Assembly: GCA_026985075.1 (NCBI GenBank)
Contig: JALSQX010000020.1
Location: forward strand, 158,966-222,965
Source of the DNA: Blastocatellia bacterium
GTDB taxonomy: Bacteria; Acidobacteriota; Blastocatellia; HR10; J050
Length of the DNA: 64,000 bases
Direction of reading: 5' to 3'
Position numbers and translations under genes: made by a program. A model generated the notes under the pieces. That model had not been told where the DNA came from. It searched no databases and worked only from the letters and a program-made list of their open reading frames with translations. Positions 28,650-37,413 of this stretch are shown in pieces (within the stretch, counting starts at the first letter, position 1; every line of letters starts with the position of its first letter).

Positions 28650-29132
28650 TCACCAGGGCCGATACTCCAGATGACGAACTTTCGTCAAGTACTCTTCAAT
28701 GCGGCGGCGAGTGGCCGGCGACGTCGTGTCGGGGAGAGCATCAGGGGGGAAGAAGTCGAAGGCAGCAATTTCCCAACCCGGCCGGATACCGGTGGCATCG
28801 TCGAGCGACGCGGTGAAGACGATGACGTGATCGCTCGCCCCATGACTGAAATTATAGTAGATGCCGTGAAGCCGCTCGACCTGGATGTCCACATGAAGCT
28901 CCTCCTTCACTTCCCGACAGAGCGCCTCCACGAGCGTCTCTTTGCGTTTGACGGCACCGCCGGGCAAGTACCAGAGATGGCGCTGGCCATAATTGTGCCT
29001 GATGAGGAGGAGGCGTCCTTGGTGAACGATGATGCCCCGCACGCCCACGATGAGCGGCGCGCGCCAGCGCCAGTAGAGTTGTTGTCCCCGGAAGAGGAGT
29101 TCCAGGACCCACCTTTTGATGAACGCCTTCAA
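28650..29132 (-). CDS. Nudix hydrolase
   Basis: A Nudix box (GGAVKRKETLVEALCREVKEELHV) is present. It apparently starts at TTG 29132, 4 nt after the upstream gene stop. Confidence 0.75.
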   Translation of the reverse strand: MKAFIKRWVLELLFRGQQLYWRWRAPLIVGVRGIIVHQGRLLLIRHNYGQRHLWYLPGGAVKRKETLVEALCREVKEELHVDIQVERLHGIYYNFSHGASDHVIVFTASLDDATGIRPGWEIAAFDFFPPDALPDTTSPATRRRIEEYLTKVRHLEYRPW

Positions 29133-29136
29133 CGCC

Positions 29137-29625
29137 TCATGATGTCGCCGCCGGAGCGGCCCGGGCGGCTTCGAAGATCCGGGTCAGAAATTCTTTGGTG
29201 ATTTGAGCAATGTGCCATTGAACGCGCGCTCGCGTATTACCGAGCTGCTGCTGGCGCACGTCCGGTTTAATGCCTCGCTCCTCTATGAACGCTTGGAAAT
29301 GGGGAATGATATACTCATCCTGTTCCTGCAACGCCCACTCGTAGATGAACCGCCGAAGCGCCTCGACCTCATCGGATTGACCGAGATGGGACGGCGTCTC
29401 GGGATGTTTCAGGACATGATCGATGATATCGTGACCAAACCGCCGCGTCTCCTCCAACCAGATCTCACAGGCTTCCCAGAGGGGCCCGGGTTGAAGGAGT
29501 CGCCACTGGCCACCGGGAGCATACTTTTTTCTCAACGCCTCTATCCGTTCCTCGGCCCGCTTCCGCCGGTTGGGCGTTTCCGATGCTACGAAAATTCTGG
29601 CCACCTCGACCAATGATGCCGTCAT
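29137..29625 (-). CDS. Hypothetical protein (about 162 aa), operonic between the PCD and Nudix genes
   Basis: The ORF has coding-like composition. The ATG at 29625 follows a GGAG RBS. No recognisable motifs were found. Confidence 0.5.
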   Translation of the reverse strand: MTASLVEVARIFVASETPNRRKRAEERIEALRKKYAPGGQWRLLQPGPLWEACEIWLEETRRFGHDIIDHVLKHPETPSHLGQSDEVEALRRFIYEWALQEQDEYIIPHFQAFIEERGIKPDVRQQQLGNTRARVQWHIAQITKEFLTRIFEAARAAPAATS

Positions 29626-29649
29626 ACGCTTCACTCCGCCAGGTTCACG

Positions 29650-29937
29650 TTATGTCTTCCGGAGCCGCTGCTCGATGAGTTGAGCGGCGCGGATGTCTTT
29701 CTCCGTCACGCCTCCTTCGCTGTGCGTCCAAAGAGTGAGCTTCACCCGCCGGTAATGGATTTCGACATCTGGATGATGGTCGAGCAGCTCAGCCAGATGG
29801 GCCACGGCATTGACGAAGAGGATGGCCTCGGGAAAGCTGGCAAACTGAAACTCCTTGCAGAGAGCGCGGTCTACCAATGCCCAGCCTTCCAATGAGGCGA
29901 GCCGTTGCCGGATGTCGTCTTCACTCAATGTGGCCAT
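29650..29937 (-). CDS. Pterin-4a-carbinolamine dehydratase (PCD/DCoH family)
   Basis: The 95-aa protein has the [E]x3HHP motif (LDHHPDVEIHYRRV). The ATG at 29937 follows a GAGGAG RBS. The track ORF is N-extended into the P5CDH gene. Confidence 0.8.
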   Translation of the reverse strand: MATLSEDDIRQRLASLEGWALVDRALCKEFQFASFPEAILFVNAVAHLAELLDHHPDVEIHYRRVKLTLWTHSEGGVTEKDIRAAQLIEQRLRKT

Positions 29938-30034
29938 CGTTTCGCTCTCCTCATCACCGGGGCTCGGGTTCTTGAATCCGCATTGCGTAGAGCTTCTCCC
30001 GGGCCGATGGCCCACCAGGAGGCCACTCCGCCGG

Positions 30035-31594
30035 TTAATACTTCTCGGCCACCGCCTTGGCCTGCAGGAAGAGCAACAGATAGTCGCGGCCACCGGCCTT
30101 GGAATCTGTGCCCGAGAGATTGAATCCACCAAATGGATGCACATCCACCAATGCTCCGGTGATTTTGCGATTGAGGTAGAGATTGCCGACGTGAAACTCG
30201 CGTCGCGCGCGCTCCAGATGTTGTCGGTTGCGCGAATAGACGCCACCGGTCAACCCGTACACCGTATTGTTGGCAATGGCCAGAGCCTCGTCGAAATTCC
30301 TGGCGCGAAGGCAAGCGAGCACGGGCCCGAAAATCTCCTCTTGAGAGATGCGCGCCATGGGATCGACGTCGCCGATGACCGTCGGCGCGATGAAATAGCC
30401 CGGTCCCAGTTCCTTCAGGGCATGACCGCCCGTCAACAGTTTGCCTTCTCCCTTGCCGATCTCGATGTAATTCAGGATCGAAGTGTACGCCGATTGGCTC
30501 ACCACCGGTCCCATATATGTCTCGCGATTCTTCGTCGGACCGACCACCAGTTGCTCGGCGCGGGCGACGATTTTCTCCACGGCGCGATCATACACATCGT
30601 CGAGGACAATGGCGCGCGAGCATGCCGAACACTTCTGTCCCGAATACCCGAAGGCCGAGACGACGATCCCCTCGGCGGCGGCCTCCAGATCGGCCGAGCT
30701 ATCCACGATAATAGTATCCTTCCCGCCCATCTCGGCGATCACGCGCTTGATCCAGATCTGTCCCTCTTGCGGGCGGGCGGCCAACTCGTTGATGCGCAAG
30801 CCAACGTCTTTGGAGCCCGTGAACGTGATGAAACGCGTCTTGGGATGGGCGACCAGATAATCGCCTACTTTCGATCCACTGCCCGGCAGGTAATTGATGA
30901 CGCCCGGTGGCAACGAAATTTCTTCCATCAATTCCATGAACTTGGCGGCGATCACCGGACTCTCGCTCGACGGCTTGAGGACCACGGTGTTGCCGGCGGC
31001 GATGGCTCCTGTGGTCATGCCCACCAGGATGGCCAACGGGAAATTCCACGGAGGAATGACGACGCCCGCGCCCAGTGGAATGTAGAACCATTCGTTGTGC
31101 TCATCGGGCAACGGCGATGGCGTGACCGGCCGCGGTCCGGAATAGCGGATGGCTTCGCGCCCGTAAAACTCCATCATGTCAATCGCCTCGGCGACATCGG
31201 CGTCGGCCTCCACCCAGGATTTCCCCACTTCGTAAACCATCCAGGCGGCGAACTCCATCCGACGTCGACGCAGAACGGCCGCCGCATTGAACAGATAGCG
31301 GGCGCGATGTTCGGCGGGCATGCGCCCCCAGGACTGGAAAGCCTCCCAGGCTGCGTCCAAGGCCTTATCGGCCAGTTCCTCATTGGCTCGGTGAACCGAA
31401 CCCACCACTTCATCGGGATTGGAGGGATTGATGGAGTGAAGCAGATCGCCCGTCTCGTATCGCACGCCGCCGATGATGAGCGGATATTGACGACCAAATT
31501 GACGCTCGACCGACGCCAGGGCGTCACTCATAGCGGCGGCGGTCGCTTCATCGGTGAAATCGAGTAACGAAGCATTTTTGAAAGGTGGAACCAT
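30035..31594 (-). CDS. 1-pyrroline-5-carboxylate (L-glutamate gamma-semialdehyde) dehydrogenase, ALDH superfamily
   Basis: The N-terminus (MVPPFKNASLLDFTDE...INPSNP) is typical of RocA/PruA-type P5CDH. The ALDH catalytic Cys (GQKCSACS) and Glu (IAEMGGKD) are present. Confidence 0.85.
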   Translation of the reverse strand: MVPPFKNASLLDFTDEATAAAMSDALASVERQFGRQYPLIIGGVRYETGDLLHSINPSNPDEVVGSVHRANEELADKALDAAWEAFQSWGRMPAEHRARYLFNAAAVLRRRRMEFAAWMVYEVGKSWVEADADVAEAIDMMEFYGREAIRYSGPRPVTPSPLPDEHNEWFYIPLGAGVVIPPWNFPLAILVGMTTGAIAAGNTVVLKPSSESPVIAAKFMELMEEISLPPGVINYLPGSGSKVGDYLVAHPKTRFITFTGSKDVGLRINELAARPQEGQIWIKRVIAEMGGKDTIIVDSSADLEAAAEGIVVSAFGYSGQKCSACSRAIVLDDVYDRAVEKIVARAEQLVVGPTKNRETYMGPVVSQSAYTSILNYIEIGKGEGKLLTGGHALKELGPGYFIAPTVIGDVDPMARISQEEIFGPVLACLRARNFDEALAIANNTVYGLTGGVYSRNRQHLERARREFHVGNLYLNRKITGALVDVHPFGGFNLSGTDSKAGGRDYLLLFLQAKAVAEKY

Positions 31595-31737
31595 CGCTCA
31601 CTCTCCTCATCGAAAATCACCACTTCGGCATGGGCCCAATATGTACCACATGGCCGACAGAAACTCAAAGCCCCAAACGCCCCAGAACCCATTCTCCCGG
31701 TTCCTGTTGGCCAGCCGCGGGAACGCTGCTGGGGGCC

Positions 31738-32334
31738 TCATTGTTTCGCTGGCGAGTAATACGGGTTGGTGCCCGCGGCGTGATCGGTCGTATCCAGGAT
31801 CTCGCCGACGTGTGGGATATGCCTCCGAATGAGCTCTTCGACGCCCTGCTTGAGGGTGACATTGGCCATTCCACATCCCTGGCACCCACCGCCCATGCGC
31901 AAATAAACGTTATTATCGATGACGTCGAGAAGCTCGATATATCCGCCATGCATGGCCACGGCGGGATTGATCTCCATATCCAGGAGTTCCTGAACTTTCT
32001 TGCGGATCTCTTCGGATGAGGGCGTGCGCGCCTTGAAATCTTCGGACACCGGCGATACGCCAGATTGCAGCACGCGACGGATGGCCGCGCCAATTTGCTT
32101 GGCCACCGGTAACCAGTCTTCGAAGTCCTCCTTGGTGACCGTCACCAGATGCTTGGAAATCAACACCGAGGTCACGTTGGGGATCTCGAAGATCGCTTCG
32201 GCCAGCGGAGAGCCTTGGGCTTCCTCCTTGCTCCCGAAGTAGGCTGCGCCATCGTAAACGACGCGATCGACGGTGAATCGACATTTAGTGGGATCGGCTT
32301 GAACCTCGGCCGTGATTTTGATTTCCTGTTCCAT
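31738..32334 (-). CDS. nfuA: NifU/Nfu-family Fe-S cluster scaffold/carrier (N-terminal scaffold-like domain + C-terminal Nfu CxxC domain)
   Basis: The C-terminal half (ELLDMEINPAVAMHGGYIELL ... GGGCQGCGMA) is a NifU_C domain. The symbol is given by domain analogy only. Confidence 0.75.
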   Translation of the reverse strand: MEQEIKITAEVQADPTKCRFTVDRVVYDGAAYFGSKEEAQGSPLAEAIFEIPNVTSVLISKHLVTVTKEDFEDWLPVAKQIGAAIRRVLQSGVSPVSEDFKARTPSSEEIRKKVQELLDMEINPAVAMHGGYIELLDVIDNNVYLRMGGGCQGCGMANVTLKQGVEELIRRHIPHVGEILDTTDHAAGTNPYYSPAKQ

Positions 32335-32537
32335 AGTTCCTCTCCTTATTCATCCGGGAAGCGCCAGAGGCATCCCGGGATGGGGTTTCTCTCATCCTCG
32401 CTGTCGGATGAGACCACTCGCGCTTCAGAGTTTCACCCGCCCATCGTTCAAACGAGATGGTATCACATTTTTCTTCTCGATTCCTAGCCTGTGATGTCAG
32501 CTCGCACAGGACCGAACTGGTCCTCGGTCGGCTCCGC

Positions 32538-34043
32538 TCAGCAAAACCACGGCTCGGTCACCCAGGGCGGCCGCTCCGCTCGATCGAGCCGCGGCGGTGG
32601 CGTCAATGTCGGTGACTCCCCGTCGCGCATTTCATAGGCCAACTGGCGGAGGCGATGGAAGGTCCGCGCCGGGTCTTCATGCGCGCGGCTGGCGTGCTCA
32701 ACTAAAGCACTCACCCGCCGATGAAGCTCATCCATACGCCGATCGGGATGAGCCCACCGATAGGTGAAATGGGTTTCATCGAGCGATTCCAGAAACGGGT
32801 GTATCTCCGCTCGCCCGAGGAGCGCCGACCCCGGCGGGATGAGAAGCCGGATCGTATATTGGACGGGGTCCACGTGATACACCAGCCCTTCCGAGTGAAC
32901 GAACTCCAGGATGTCAATATAATCATCCAACGTCGCCCATGGCGTGAACGGAATCCAGGTTGGACGCCAGGCTATCCCCGCTCGACGAACGAGATCGAGC
33001 GCCGCATAGACGTCCGCTCGGGTATGCCCCTTGTTGAGATTGGTCAATACCACATCGCTGAGCGATTCCACCGCCGAAATGATGAACAGGCATCCCAACT
33101 CGGCCAGTTCGAAGAGGATCTTGTGGCGCGCCAGCAGATGCTCGATCTTCGCCGTGAAATCGAACGTCACCTCGGGGAACGCTCGATGCATGGCGCGGAC
33201 CACGCGAAGCGCATGGCCCGGACCGTTCAAGAAATCGGGATCGCCGAACGTGATATGCTGAGCTCCCGCCGCCACCAACTGGCGGATATCTTCGAGGACG
33301 ATTTCGGGAGGAACGACGAAGAACCGCCCCCCATACACCGGTGGGATGGGACAGTGGACGCAATGATGAAGACAGCCCCGACTGGCTTCGACATAGCCGA
33401 CGAGTCGACGCGCCCCCCCGACCTCCACATGAGCATACCGGGACAGCGGCGGAAGCCCCTCTCGGTAGGGCACGGCGAAGGGAAGCCGCCGAAGGACCGG
33501 TTCCTTCTTACGTCCCGGGAAACTGACGCCGGGGACATCCAGAGAGTGTGGAGAATGCCGGGAGGAGTCTCGGGCCTCGTCCTCTCGTTGCCGCCGCAGA
33601 GCGTCGACCAACGCCACGAAGGGTTCCTCGAACTCCCCACCAATCACCGAGTCGGCGATGTGACTGAGCAAGTAGTCGGCATTGAGCTGAGCATAAAGAC
33701 CCAAAAAGCAGATATGACAGGTGGGATTGATCCGACGAATACGTTGAGCGACGGAAACGCCCAACCGCAATGCCGTATGCATGGGCACCGAGATGCCTAC
33801 AACCCGGGCGCGCGCCGCTTTCTGAGCGTCGAACGGCTCAACGGCGATGTCCATAGTCTCACAGGCATAGCCCGCCCGGCGCAGAAATCCACAGACCGAG
33901 GCGATGCTGAAAGGCTGATGGCCGAGATCATAACAGGAGATCAGAAGGATTGACGCTCGATGGGCAATACCATGAGCGGACATACAGTTGTGGTGGTTCA
34001 TGATCTTCTCCACATCGAGCGGGATTAACAACCGGGGAAACAC
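32538..34043 (-). CDS. B12-binding-domain radical SAM enzyme (class B rSAM), unknown substrate
   Basis: An N-terminal B12-binding-like Rossmann region is followed by the radical-SAM motif CLHHCVHC (Cx3Cx2C). The 3' end overlaps the ferritin-like gene by 19 nt. Confidence 0.75.
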   Translation of the reverse strand: MFPRLLIPLDVEKIMNHHNCMSAHGIAHRASILLISCYDLGHQPFSIASVCGFLRRAGYACETMDIAVEPFDAQKAARARVVGISVPMHTALRLGVSVAQRIRRINPTCHICFLGLYAQLNADYLLSHIADSVIGGEFEEPFVALVDALRRQREDEARDSSRHSPHSLDVPGVSFPGRKKEPVLRRLPFAVPYREGLPPLSRYAHVEVGGARRLVGYVEASRGCLHHCVHCPIPPVYGGRFFVVPPEIVLEDIRQLVAAGAQHITFGDPDFLNGPGHALRVVRAMHRAFPEVTFDFTAKIEHLLARHKILFELAELGCLFIISAVESLSDVVLTNLNKGHTRADVYAALDLVRRAGIAWRPTWIPFTPWATLDDYIDILEFVHSEGLVYHVDPVQYTIRLLIPPGSALLGRAEIHPFLESLDETHFTYRWAHPDRRMDELHRRVSALVEHASRAHEDPARTFHRLRQLAYEMRDGESPTLTPPPRLDRAERPPWVTEPWFC

Positions 34044-34678
34044 CGGGTGCCGAGTCTCTCGGCGGTATGCTGGCGCACGGTCGCCGCCAGCTCGATGGTT
34101 CTGGCGGCCGCTTCCCGCGCCATCTGCTGGGCTTCCGCCGTCGTCGCATACGTGGTCAATAACTCTCGTCCTCTCCGGTGATGCCGCCGTTCCTCGGGCT
34201 GGATGACCCGCCGATAGAGATCGACGGTCTCCCGATCGCCCAACTCCTCACAGTACCGTATGAACGTTTCGTTGACCTGATAGGCCAACAATTCCAATGT
34301 GAATTGACCGGCAGCGATCCGCTCTATTGGCGCGCGCAGCGATTTCAAGTAGGCGAACAGAGGATTCTCGTCCGGCGGAGTGAACGCATCGAGCGCGAAT
34401 CCCAAGGCCGTGAGCCGGTCGGCCACTAACCGGAAGTGCTTGGCTTCATCACCGGCTTGCTCGGCCAACGCGATTTTGATATCCCATTCCCCCGTGGATG
34501 GCATCCAGATGGCGGCCAGTTCGCTGACGCTGATCTCATTGGCCAACGCCAGCTGGAGAAGCTGAGAGATATCGGCGCTGCGGGCAGCGCTTTCGCCGAG
34601 CGCGGTCACCTCGCCCCATTGAGCGAGACGCGCGCGAACGAACGCCTCTAGTTCCTCAACGAATGCGCGACTCTCCAT
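34025..34678 (-). CDS. Ferritin-like di-iron carboxylate protein (two E...ExxH motifs), unknown function
   Basis: The helical protein is 217 aa. It carries E..DEAKH and E...EERRHH motifs spaced as in di-iron oxygenases/hydroxylases. It is translationally coupled to the rSAM gene. Confidence 0.55.
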   Translation of the reverse strand: MESRAFVEELEAFVRARLAQWGEVTALGESAARSADISQLLQLALANEISVSELAAIWMPSTGEWDIKIALAEQAGDEAKHFRLVADRLTALGFALDAFTPPDENPLFAYLKSLRAPIERIAAGQFTLELLAYQVNETFIRYCEELGDRETVDLYRRVIQPEERRHHRRGRELLTTYATTAEAQQMAREAAARTIELAATVRQHTAERLGTRCFPGC

Positions 34679-34741
34679 AGTGCTTCGACTCCTCGTTGGT
34701 TCCAGAACCGAACCTCATCCGCCGCGATGACGGGACGCCCC

Positions 34742-35050
34742 TCACTCAACCTTTCCCAGCGAACCCCATTTGGCTTGAAATTCCTCGGCCGATAACTGAT
34801 ACCAGTCAGCGTTCTTGGGGATGAACTCCTGCCACTGTTCGGGAACCTCGTCTTCGGCGAAGATCGCCTCGACGGGACAGGCCGGTTCGCACGCCGCGCA
34901 ATCAATGCACGTCTCCGGATCAATATACAGTTGCTCCACGTCCTCGAAATGCGCTTCCTCCTTTGTCGGATGAATGCAATCAACCGGGCAGACATCCACG
35001 CAGGCGGTATCCTTCGTCCCAATGCACGGCTCGACGATGATATACGCCAT
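34742..35050 (-). CDS. fdxA: 7Fe-type (3Fe-4S/4Fe-4S) ferredoxin, FdxA-like
   Basis: The protein begins MAYIIVEPCIGTKDTACVDVCPVDCIHP and has a second cluster CIDCAACEPACPVEAIF. The ATG at 35050 follows a GGAGG RBS. The track ORF is N-extended. Confidence 0.8.
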   Translation of the reverse strand: MAYIIVEPCIGTKDTACVDVCPVDCIHPTKEEAHFEDVEQLYIDPETCIDCAACEPACPVEAIFAEDEVPEQWQEFIPKNADWYQLSAEEFQAKWGSLGKVE

Positions 35051-35124
35051 AGTGATCCTCCTCTCTCCAGTGAATCTCGCGCGGGAGCATAGCAGAGCGA
35101 CGCCTCCCGAGTTCCCGTTCCGCC

Positions 35125-35490
35125 TCACGCGGGCGCGTCAAGGGCCTCGGTCATCGACGCCCTCTGACACTGATCACAGGGACAGAGTTTCCGCAACGTC
35201 TGAAAGCTGTAGATTCCCGTCCCATGACCGTCGCTCCAGGTGAACTGCAGCGCATACTGGCCGACGAGTTCTGCGCTCAACATCTTCAGGTCGACGGGAA
35301 CGGCATCCGGCGACAACCGCTTCTCGCCCGTCCACTCATCGATGCAAGACGCGCAAGGGCAATGTTGGCGGAGATAACGCGCCGGATACGTGCTCACATG
35401 ACCATCACCCCAGGCGATCTCCAGTGCGGCGTCACCTCTCTTCTTGATGCTGACGGGCGTAGCGATATTGTGGTCTGAGGGGATCGTCAT
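35125..35490 (-). CDS. DUF971 domain protein (duplicated CPCAxC motif; Fe-S assembly-associated)
   Basis: The motif is duplicated: YLRQHCPCASC and LRKLCPCDQC. Confidence 0.7.
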   Translation of the reverse strand: MTIPSDHNIATPVSIKKRGDAALEIAWGDGHVSTYPARYLRQHCPCASCIDEWTGEKRLSPDAVPVDLKMLSAELVGQYALQFTWSDGHGTGIYSFQTLRKLCPCDQCQRASMTEALDAPA

Positions 35491-35542
35491 CCTCGATCAT
35501 CGATTCCACCGGACAACGGATGTTGCCCAGAATCATCTACCC

Positions 35543-36643
35543 TCACGCCGGCACCTCTTCGATGTGAAGCGGCGGGCGCTGGTAGTTTTGAATGCTGATC
35601 TGGGCCGCTAGATTACCCAAGATCTGCTGATAAGCCTTCGCTGACGGGGAATCCGGGTCGGCGATGATAATAGGAGTGCCTTCGTCCGCGCGAATTCTGA
35701 TGCCGATGTCAATGGGGATCTCGCCGAGGAAGGGAATGCCGAGCTCTTCGCTGGCCTTGGCCGCGCCGCCCGAACCGAAGATATCCTCCCGCGCGCCACA
35801 ATGAGAACAGATATGATAGCTCATGTTCTCGATGATGCCTAAAATGGCGACATTGGTCTGCTGAAACATCCGCAGCGTCTTCATGGAGATTTTCCACCCT
35901 ACGTCCTGTGGCGTGGAGACGATCACTCCGCCCGTGACGGGCACGGACTGGACCAGCGTCAGGTGAACATCGCCCGTCCCCGGCGGCAAGTCAACGATGA
36001 GATAATCCAACTCTCCCCAGTCAACCTGGAACAAACACTGCGAAAGAGCCTTATGAGCCATCGGGCCCCGCCAGATGAGCGGCTTCTCGCTGGGCACGAA
36101 TAACCCCATGGAGACGAAGCGCACGCCGTACTTCTCCACCGGGATGATGCGATTGTCACGCAGTTCGGCCTGTTCATGTACGCCCAGCATGATGGGGATA
36201 CTGGGACCGTAAATGTCGGCATCCAGCAATCCCACGCGAGCGCCCGTCCGGGCCAATCCGACAGCGAGGTTCGTCGCCACTGTAGATTTCCCCACTCCGC
36301 CCTTTCCACTGCCTACGGCCACGATGTTTCGCACGCTGGCCAAGGCCGATTTATCGAGACCGGCATGCTGGCGCACCTCAGCCTTCATATTGATGTGCAC
36401 CTCGCTGACCCCGGCCAATGCCATCACGGCCCTCCTGGCCTCGTCCCGCAGCTTCTCTTTCACCGGACAGGCGGGCGTCGTCAGATTAATATCGAAACTG
36501 ACCACCGAACCGTCGATCTTGAGATTGTCGATGAAATTCAGCGAGACGAGATCGCGATGTAAGTCGGGATCCTTCACCCCGCGCAACGCCCTCAAGACAT
36601 CGGCCTCGGTCACCCGTTGGCGATCATCGGTTGGCGAATTCAT
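35543..36643 (-). CDS. apbC: Mrp/NBP35/ApbC-family Fe-S cluster carrier ATPase with N-terminal DUF59 domain
   Basis: A DUF59 domain (VLRALRGVKDPDLHRDLV) is followed by a deviant Walker A (GSGKGGVGKST) and CSHCGARE (CxxC). The ATG at 36643 follows an AAGGAG RBS. Confidence 0.85.
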   Translation of the reverse strand: MNSPTDDRQRVTEADVLRALRGVKDPDLHRDLVSLNFIDNLKIDGSVVSFDINLTTPACPVKEKLRDEARRAVMALAGVSEVHINMKAEVRQHAGLDKSALASVRNIVAVGSGKGGVGKSTVATNLAVGLARTGARVGLLDADIYGPSIPIMLGVHEQAELRDNRIIPVEKYGVRFVSMGLFVPSEKPLIWRGPMAHKALSQCLFQVDWGELDYLIVDLPPGTGDVHLTLVQSVPVTGGVIVSTPQDVGWKISMKTLRMFQQTNVAILGIIENMSYHICSHCGAREDIFGSGGAAKASEELGIPFLGEIPIDIGIRIRADEGTPIIIADPDSPSAKAYQQILGNLAAQISIQNYQRPPLHIEEVPA

Positions 36644-36789
36644 ACTCTCTCCTTCGGGTCGGACGCGCCCATTCCCCGTAGAAGCCGCTCGGCGCGCGCC
36701 CATTGGCGTGGGTGACGCTCCGCTCGCGGAGGGACGACCCCACAAGAGGCACCCCTCCTATTCCCGTCCCGTGCGAGGGCGACGCGCCA

Positions 36790-37125
36790 TCACACCGAAA
36801 AGCTGCTTCCACAGCCACAGCTCCCCGTGGCGTTGGGATTCTTGAAGGTGAAGCCGGATCCCATGATGGAATTCACATAATCCAGCTCGACGCCATTCAG
36901 AAACCGCTTACTCATCGGATCGACGAAAATCCGAATCCCATTGGCCTCGATGATCTCATCATCTTCATTGGGCGTTTCATCGATCACCATGTCGTATTGA
37001 AATCCCGAACATCCACCGGGAATGACTCGAATGCGCAGCCCCGCTTCCGGATTCACGTTCTCCGAGGCGAAGAATTGCTTGATCGCATCAGCCGCTGTGT
37101 CGGTCACGGTTAAGTTCAAGCTCAT
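36790..37125 (-). CDS. erpA: A-type Fe-S cluster insertion/carrier protein (HesB/IscA/ErpA family)
   Basis: The protein is 111 aa and has three conserved Cys (GGCSGF ... SCGCGSSF). Confidence 0.85.
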   Translation of the reverse strand: MSLNLTVTDTAADAIKQFFASENVNPEAGLRIRVIPGGCSGFQYDMVIDETPNEDDEIIEANGIRIFVDPMSKRFLNGVELDYVNSIMGSGFTFKNPNATGSCGCGSSFSV

Positions 37126-37255
37126 GTTGCTCCATCCTCCTTACTGATGATGTTGATGATATGGCCTTTAGAGTTCGACAACCGCCACCTCACACGGTCG
37201 GCCCTGGCGGCGGTTCGTGTCACCCTCACACGCATGCCCACTCGTTCACCGGCAG

Positions 37256-37285
37256 ATTATAACAGACCGGTCCTCTATTTTTCAA
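37256..37285 (-). promoter_or_regulatory. Consensus sigma70-type promoter driving the erpA-apbC Fe-S island, followed by a structured leader of about 120 nt
   Basis: On the minus strand: -35 TTGAAA (37280..37285), an exact 17-bp spacer, -10 TATAAT within TTATAAT (37256..37262). It lies in an AT-rich patch within otherwise GC-rich DNA. The leader contains an imperfect 12-bp inverted repeat (CGAACCGCCGCC / GGTGGCGGTTGTCG) before the AGGAGG RBS. Confidence 0.45.
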
Positions 37286-37413
37286 CATAAAATCCAAAAA
37301 AGCATAAAAACTTGTCTGATCACCCCGGACTCTTCTTGACCGTCTTCTGACCGAAGCGTCGAAGCCACTGGGGCAGAGGGAGGCACGCCCGGCAGGGTGT
37401 CCCTCGGACCTCT

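Noticed and set aside
32440-32537. Two short perfect hairpins (CCTGTG...CACAGG; AGGACC...GGTCCT) downstream of the rSAM gene as an intrinsic terminator
   Set aside because: No U-tract follows on the transcribed (minus) strand, and nfuA continues in the same direction. The hairpins could be processing or attenuation sites, but the evidence is insufficient.
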